In this document: piece after piece, positions 58,842-64,000 of the stretch
Position numbering within the stretch: position 1 is the first letter of the stretch
Layout of the letters: each line of letters begins with the position of its first letter
Virus record (IMG/VR): IMGVR_UViG_3300032223_002658
Coordinates: 1 to 64,000 of that record
Direction: 5' to 3' (one strand)
DNA length: 64,000 nt
DNA from: a virus
Notes under the pieces: generated by a model
Databases searched by the model: none
Told to the model about the DNA's origin: nothing
The model's input: the letters and a program-made list of their open reading frames with translations, nothing else
Translations under genes and position numbers: made by a program

Positions 58842-60309
58842 ATGAGCACCCCTGATTTTGTACCCAGTCTACATTGCATCCTCTAGAAACTAGATCTTCC
58901 ATTATTTTTACTATTTGTGCTGGTTCTTTTGGCATTGGGTGATCGCTTCCTCCCCAGCCACCAGTATTCATATTGTAAAATACCATACAATTCCAGCATT
59001 TACCATTTGATGGTTGATATCCACCATTTGTATTTGCTCTAGCCATAATAACATAAGTTCCATAGCATGGATCTTGTGGGCTTAAATAATTTCTGCTAAG
59101 AATTGGACCTGTGCATGGACCACCATTTTTTGGAATACCTGTAAGTTTTTCACACGCAACTTTAGGGTTGTATGCTGTCTTAAGCCAAGATGGTTCATTA
59201 GCTGCATCTGGAACGTCACCATTTGAATTAACGTGATCAAATGCTTTATTGATATTTTCACAGAAGCTATTTTCACATTCAACATTTCCAGGGTATTCAT
59301 CGCTTTTTATAACAGGTTTTGTAAAAATGGCGTAATCTTGATCATTTTTACATATTTGTCTAGCTAAGCACGCAAGAGCAAGTCGTCTCTCTGTTCCTGC
59401 TATTCCAGCATCATATGGTCCTTGTCTTTCAAGAGCTGTTCCATTACAAATATTTGACTCAAAACAGTCTGGAAAATGCGCCTTGATCCACTCTATGAAT
59501 TTTGGATTCATGATGGTATTTCGTTCAGAATACCCTCTCCATATACCGCCATCATATGGAGGACCTTTCATTCCAGGAATTACGTGACCATTTGGGCATG
59601 GAGTATCATACCCATAGTCACTATCATTAGAATGTGGGCATGGTACAAGATTTCGTGTGTCAGCATATATTGTTATGAATGGATATGGAATATCAGTTGG
59701 CTCTCCAAGTTTTCCTTGAACAAGAGTTCCACATATATATATACCTTCCCATGGCATTGGTTTTCCAGTAACTGGATCATTGACCGCAAATTGTGGATAT
59801 TTTTTTGCGATCATTTTTTCGTTCATTCTATCGGAATATGGTCTTAATTTATCTTTAAGAGATGGATGCCAACCAAGGTATGGATCACCACATGTATTTC
59901 CACCACCAACAGAAAAAGTTCCACCATTTGGATCTCTTTCAACCCAAGGCCATGGTTGTGGAAATCGTAAACAAGATTTATCATCAGATGCTGTAGTCTT
60001 TATTTCCTTTTCAGATGGCGTATTTTCTATACGATCATATTTAGAAACGAAAACATCTGGCTGTTCCACGCATTTTGAAGTTGCACCAATAACCCCACCG
60101 ATTGCTGAGCAATATTCAGTTGCCATTGCTTCCATGCATTGACCAGGAATTATTGGTTTACCATCAGATCCTTTGAAAGGCATTATGGTGCATGATTTAA
60201 AATCAAGTGGAGAAAAACTGCCGCCTTGATAAGCGACAGTTTTTAGATCAAATGATTTGGATAATTTATCTCGTAAGATGCGTTCTAGCTTTGAAATTTG
60301 ATTGGACAT
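58825..60309 (-). CDS. Large Cys/Pro/Gly-rich protein with amphipathic leader
   Basis: MSNQISKLERILRDKLSK; many Cys; extracellular-like composition without a signal peptide. Confidence 0.6.
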   Translation of the reverse strand: MSNQISKLERILRDKLSKSFDLKTVAYQGGSFSPLDFKSCTIMPFKGSDGKPIIPGQCMEAMATEYCSAIGGVIGATSKCVEQPDVFVSKYDRIENTPSEKEIKTTASDDKSCLRFPQPWPWVERDPNGGTFSVGGGNTCGDPYLGWHPSLKDKLRPYSDRMNEKMIAKKYPQFAVNDPVTGKPMPWEGIYICGTLVQGKLGEPTDIPYPFITIYADTRNLVPCPHSNDSDYGYDTPCPNGHVIPGMKGPPYDGGIWRGYSERNTIMNPKFIEWIKAHFPDCFESNICNGTALERQGPYDAGIAGTERRLALACLARQICKNDQDYAIFTKPVIKSDEYPGNVECENSFCENINKAFDHVNSNGDVPDAANEPSWLKTAYNPKVACEKLTGIPKNGGPCTGPILSRNYLSPQDPCYGTYVIMARANTNGGYQPSNGKCWNCMVFYNMNTGGWGGSDHPMPKEPAQIVKIMEDLVSRGCNVDWVQNQGCSFEVYR

Positions 60310-60317
60310 AAATCATT

Positions 60318-60665
60318 TTATTGTGCTGGCGGTGTTGCGCTCATTTCTTGTGATGGAGCAGCTGTTTCTGTTGTCTGATTTGCAGCTGTTCCACAATTAT
60401 CTCCACCAATTTGACCACATGTTTTATTTGCATAAAAAGTGCCACCTTGACTTTCACAAGCATCTTTCATAAGATTATCAAGACATTGGTTTGAACCAAA
60501 ACCGCCACCGGGAAGACAGCATGCGCCAACGTTGTCCGGAGGACAATCACCAGGAGTACCCTCGCAGTCTGTTATATCTTTAACAGCCCATTTTACCTTT
60601 GGTTGTGTTTGTGGTGATACAGCCTGTTCAAGAGCCAAAATTAAGTTTTTTAGTGTTTTTGACAT
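60318..60665 (-). CDS. GACC-motif Cys-rich protein with leader
   Basis: MSKTLKNLILALEQAVS; GACCLPGG...C...ACESQGGTFYANKTC. Confidence 0.7.
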   Translation of the reverse strand: MSKTLKNLILALEQAVSPQTQPKVKWAVKDITDCEGTPGDCPPDNVGACCLPGGGFGSNQCLDNLMKDACESQGGTFYANKTCGQIGGDNCGTAANQTTETAAPSQEMSATPPAQ

Positions 60666-60686
60666 TTTTTATTCTCCTACTATAGT

Positions 60687-61325
60687 TTAGGTATTTCTTT
60701 GATTTATGTAATTTTCTGTTCTAGTTCCTGGGATTACTCTTCTTGCTTTAACGCTAAAAACAACACCTGATGCCTGATCTGGAGTTCCAGTGAAAACTAA
60801 ACCAACAGCTTGGCCTTTAGAAACATATCTAGCAGAATCAGAAATTATAGCACCAGTTGTGACAACGTGGTCAGATAAAGTACCTGTTGCAAGATTCATG
60901 GATGCTGTTATAGCAGTTCCACCAGCAAAACCAGTACCGCTATTAGCTTTATATAGTGTTGCTGTCAAAGCTCCAATATTAACACTGCCTGTTCTGAATT
61001 TAATTGAATCAATCCAGTAATCGTGTTCTGCAATAAACAAACCACCATTACCAGTCTTGCATTCTGTTTCAGAGTTAAACTTATTTGTAAAGATATCGTA
61101 GTTATCATCAACTAGTGATAGTCTTGTTGCGATTGTATCGCCAGGACCAGCGGTTGATGAAACCTGTAGTTTCTTTGGACCTTTAAATGTAGTTAATGCT
61201 TTTGATGGCTGTGTTTGAAATATACCAACTTGTTCTATTGGATTAGCAACTGATAGATCGCCAACACGACCACCATGCTTTAGAACACTTTTGTTGTTGT
61301 TTGGTGAATTTAAATTTGTGCTCAT
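60687..61325 (-). CDS. Virion structural protein (capsid decoration/cement-like)
   Basis: G/T/A-rich beta protein (GTAITASMNL...VSKGQAVGLVFTG); in a late-motif operon. Confidence 0.45.
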   Translation of the reverse strand: MSTNLNSPNNNKSVLKHGGRVGDLSVANPIEQVGIFQTQPSKALTTFKGPKKLQVSSTAGPGDTIATRLSLVDDNYDIFTNKFNSETECKTGNGGLFIAEHDYWIDSIKFRTGSVNIGALTATLYKANSGTGFAGGTAITASMNLATGTLSDHVVTTGAIISDSARYVSKGQAVGLVFTGTPDQASGVVFSVKARRVIPGTRTENYINQRNT

Positions 61326-61334
61326 TTTTTACCT

Positions 61335-62060
61335 TTATCCGTTGATATTTCTTGTAAGAGATGATGATTCTGCAATTATCATTACTTTTGGATTTGCTGA
61401 AGCAGAAAGCTTTGTGTAGTATGTCAAACCTTTATTGTTTGAATAGCTTCTCAAGCCTGGAGCAATATCATCATTTGTTGCACCATCAGTAGCTTGAACT
61501 GTGTTCGCTGTAATTTCAGCGTTTGAGTCTCTTGAGTTCAAAAGTCTGATGTTTGAACCATTTACTTCAAGAACTCTACCATACAAATCTATCCATTTTG
61601 TGGCAGCAGTAGTTTTATCAAGTTCACCAAGGGCATATGTCTTAACAAGACTGTAAGTCTTTGTGCCACCAAATTTTGCAAGACCAGCAATACCAGCTAG
61701 TGGTTTAGCTGAAACTAATGCTGAATCGCCCGCATTCTTTCTAAACTGTGTTACGGCAAAACCAGAGTTAACGGCGCCAAATCCAGTTACAGAGCCACCA
61801 CCGTTTGTAGCAAAACCTTTTGCCACATATGGTGTGGTTATTGGGTTGTATGTTGATGGAGAAGATATCTGAGATTTTACGCTACCAAGATTTGTGTTAT
61901 TTGGAAGATTATCAAAAAATCTTGTACCAGCGCCGTCAGATGAGCCAGAAACACGTTTAATGTTAACTGCGTTATTTGACTGGAAATTTTTTGCTACGCC
62001 CTGACCAACAGCTGTGCCGCCGTTTGTTTTAATAACTCTACTAGTGTGCATTGATGGCAT
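61335..62060 (-). CDS. Virion structural protein
   Basis: G/N/T-rich; GTGTAT motif at 62082-87 and GAGG RBS. Confidence 0.45.
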   Translation of the reverse strand: MPSMHTSRVIKTNGGTAVGQGVAKNFQSNNAVNIKRVSGSSDGAGTRFFDNLPNNTNLGSVKSQISSPSTYNPITTPYVAKGFATNGGGSVTGFGAVNSGFAVTQFRKNAGDSALVSAKPLAGIAGLAKFGGTKTYSLVKTYALGELDKTTAATKWIDLYGRVLEVNGSNIRLLNSRDSNAEITANTVQATDGATNDDIAPGLRSYSNNKGLTYYTKLSASANPKVMIIAESSSLTRNING

Positions 62061-62077
62061 GTTTTTTTACCTCTAAA

Positions 62078-62088
62078 TAAAATACACT
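62078..62088 (-). promoter_or_regulatory. Putative late promoter motif AGTGTATTTTA
   Basis: Heads the 62060-57864 operon. Confidence 0.55.
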
Positions 62089-62101
62089 AGTTTGACTTTT
62101 A

Positions 62102-62779
62102 CTACAATTTGTCGTTGAGTATCTTAGATAAACCAGAAGATGGTGTTCCAACTCTTGTGTAGCCCATGTCAAATATGTTTTCTATCAAAGTTAACTTTGG
62201 TGGCAGTGATCCAAAATATTCGTAATTTTCAAAACCAGATATCTTGCAAATTTTTGCGGTTTCTCTTAAAACTTTAGTATCTTTTGGATTTGACAAAAAT
62301 CCAGAAAAAACAAGAATGATGTCATCATAAGCAGCAACTACGCTGAGTATTTTTGACAAGTGCTCTTCTGATTTAATCCAAGAAAATTCTAACGCTACGC
62401 GTTTTTCAATTGTTGAAAGATCTGAAAGCTCAGATAAAAACTCTCTAATTTTTTCATAACTTCCACTTTCAACATCATATTTATCAAGGCTTATTATTGT
62501 ACCCATCGCCCTGCTAGACATAACAGAAAAGGTCTTAACTAAACAGTCAAGAGAGCTGTCTTTGTTAAGACCTTGATATGGGTAGTTTATTGCAATGATT
62601 AGTTTATTTTTATTAGAAAGTCCTGGTTCAAATAAATTAATTGAAGCAGTATCTATAACACATGCATAAAATCCATGCTCATTAATAAATGCGTGATCAT
62701 AAAACACGGCTGATCTATCATGTTTGATTGATAGTGATGTTATTATCAGCCTGTCTATTAATTCCTGCCTTTTCGTCAT
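62102..62779 (-). CDS. Degenerate DeoC (deoxyribose-phosphate aldolase)-like TIM barrel
   Basis: YACVI, AINYPYQG (cf. VIGFPLG), SGSYEKIREFL, RVALEFSWI (cf. KVILET), GYTRVGT (cf. GA.RIGTS); KTSTG replaced by VFSGF. Confidence 0.55.
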   Translation of the reverse strand: MTKRQELIDRLIITSLSIKHDRSAVFYDHAFINEHGFYACVIDTASINLFEPGLSNKNKLIIAINYPYQGLNKDSSLDCLVKTFSVMSSRAMGTIISLDKYDVESGSYEKIREFLSELSDLSTIEKRVALEFSWIKSEEHLSKILSVVAAYDDIILVFSGFLSNPKDTKVLRETAKICKISGFENYEYFGSLPPKLTLIENIFDMGYTRVGTPSSGLSKILNDKL

Positions 62780-63482
62780 TCACAAGAGCCTTCCAAGAAG
62801 ATGGGAAATATTGTTTAATTATTATCCCAATTGCCGCAGCATACTGCTGAACTTCCCACTGTGCATGCGAGTCAGCTCTTTGATGATATACACGGGCATA
62901 TGCAGCAAGCGAACCCGTCCACCACCATTCAGTATAGGTGGATTGTGGCAATATTGATCTTGCTTGTTCTGGAGCAACACCATTTTTAATAAGCTCATTG
63001 TATGTGTGCAGAGCTTCTTTTAAAGACATTGCATATATTCTAGTGCAAGTATTATAAGAATCATCTATTGGCATTGGTCCACCAGAACCTTGCTTCATAC
63101 TTTTCTCTGGTGCTGATCTCCAAATTGGACTATAAAAACAAGGTTCATCAGTAACATATCTCCTAGATACCTCATTCTCAGTAAATCCAACCTTATGCTT
63201 GAACAGTTGAGTTCTTACAAAGATAGGGGCTTTGATTCTAAGAGTTATTTGCGGATGAGCAAAAGGAGTCCAGTGCTTATGCTTTGCCAAATAATGAATG
63301 AGTTTTTCATCACGATCTTGAAGCCTTTTATCTATTGGAACACCAGTCCATTTATAATCAGCATCCCAATCGCTTTCTTTGTTGAATGATACTCTTGCGG
63401 CATTAACAACTGTAAGATCATCACCCATGACATCAACTAAATCAACGCTTCCATGATCTAAAACTTTAACACACTCTATCAT
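62718..63482 (-). CDS. thyX: Flavin-dependent thymidylate synthase
   Basis: VVNAARVSF, HWTPF, APIFVRTQLFKH, NEVSRRY, PEQARSILP, HAQWEV. Confidence 0.95.
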   Translation of the reverse strand: MIECVKVLDHGSVDLVDVMGDDLTVVNAARVSFNKESDWDADYKWTGVPIDKRLQDRDEKLIHYLAKHKHWTPFAHPQITLRIKAPIFVRTQLFKHKVGFTENEVSRRYVTDEPCFYSPIWRSAPEKSMKQGSGGPMPIDDSYNTCTRIYAMSLKEALHTYNELIKNGVAPEQARSILPQSTYTEWWWTGSLAAYARVYHQRADSHAQWEVQQYAAAIGIIIKQYFPSSWKALVNDEKAGINRQADNNITINQT

Positions 63483-63916
63483 TTTGAATTTTCCAATGCC
63501 TTTCTAGAAACAAAATCTTTATATGTTTTGTTAAATGTTGCTTTTGTTCCAGCCTCATCAAATTGTTCTGCAATCACAACATTCATTCTATATGGGGACT
63601 TTACAAGTATCCTTTCAATTCCATCAATCGCGCCAATGATATTTATCATCTCAACTGTAATTGGATAGTTCACAAAAACAATATATTCATTCGACTTCCT
63701 GAATGCACACTGTGGACTAAATAGTGGCAGTATTTCTCCATTTATTTCAATCGTTTTTGGAAAGCCAGACTCTTCGTCAAACTGCCCATCAAACAATTTC
63801 TTTGTGCTTGGATCATGGCATTTGCTGTATTCGCCAGTTGGTTCGTTGCATATTGGACAAAGTCTTTTTTCCCAGCGGATCTCGGGCTTTTTTGTCCAGT
63901 CTATATTTTTAATCAT
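63479..63916 (-). CDS. Hypothetical protein
   Basis: 145-aa ORF with CPIC, coupled to thyX. Confidence 0.55.
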   Translation of the reverse strand: MIKNIDWTKKPEIRWEKRLCPICNEPTGEYSKCHDPSTKKLFDGQFDEESGFPKTIEINGEILPLFSPQCAFRKSNEYIVFVNYPITVEMINIIGAIDGIERILVKSPYRMNVVIAEQFDEAGTKATFNKTYKDFVSRKALENSK

Positions 63917-64000
63917 TAGAATCCAATCTCTATATCCATAGACATATCTGATTTATCGCTACAGTCTTTCTTGAAGTTCGGGTTGTTTCTTCTCCACAAA

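Noticed and set aside
1-64000. CRISPR array, tRNA/rRNA, integrase/transposase, or reverse transcriptase (DGR/retron)
   Set aside because: No spaced direct repeats, cloverleafs or catalytic motifs noticed by eye; a tRNAscan or repeat search could still find something missed
1-64000. Stop-codon reassignment
   Set aside because: Genes are full length and densely packed under code 11, and TAA, TAG and TGA all act as stops

Overview
This is a 64-kb segment of a large, AT-rich tailed dsDNA phage (Caudoviricetes, siphovirus-like tail) using the standard genetic code. Positions 1-19.6 kb (+) are a tail morphogenesis module: tail terminator, tail tube, two paralogous chaperone-like genes, a 1838-aa tape measure, tail-tip proteins and a holin-like protein. 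Positions 19.6-64 kb are mostly (-) strand replication, recombination and nucleotide genes: Whirly-like and Rad52/Sak-like proteins, SSB, an intein-less DnaE split into two genes about 10.4 kb apart, DnaQ, Cas4/RecB-like nuclease, dNMP kinase, DnaG, DnaB, RecA, dUTPase, class II RNR, ThyX and a degenerate DeoC. This arm also carries many glycosyl- and methyltransferases. It is interrupted by islands of virion-type or unknown genes, most preceded by a shared GTGTAT(A/T)-rich motif, a putative late promoter. Best leads: (i) dispersed Cys-rich and hydrophobic-hairpin proteins sharing an N-terminal amphipathic leader (MSIEK..., identical DNA in several copies, one an orphan), a possible virion-cargo targeting system; (ii) an ~85-nt structured RNA with its own promoter motif and terminator; (iii) the split DnaE; (iv) G/GT-like chaperones apparently made by gene duplication rather than frameshifting. 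All calls come from motif reading by eye; no searches were run. A Planctomycetota host is only an inference.
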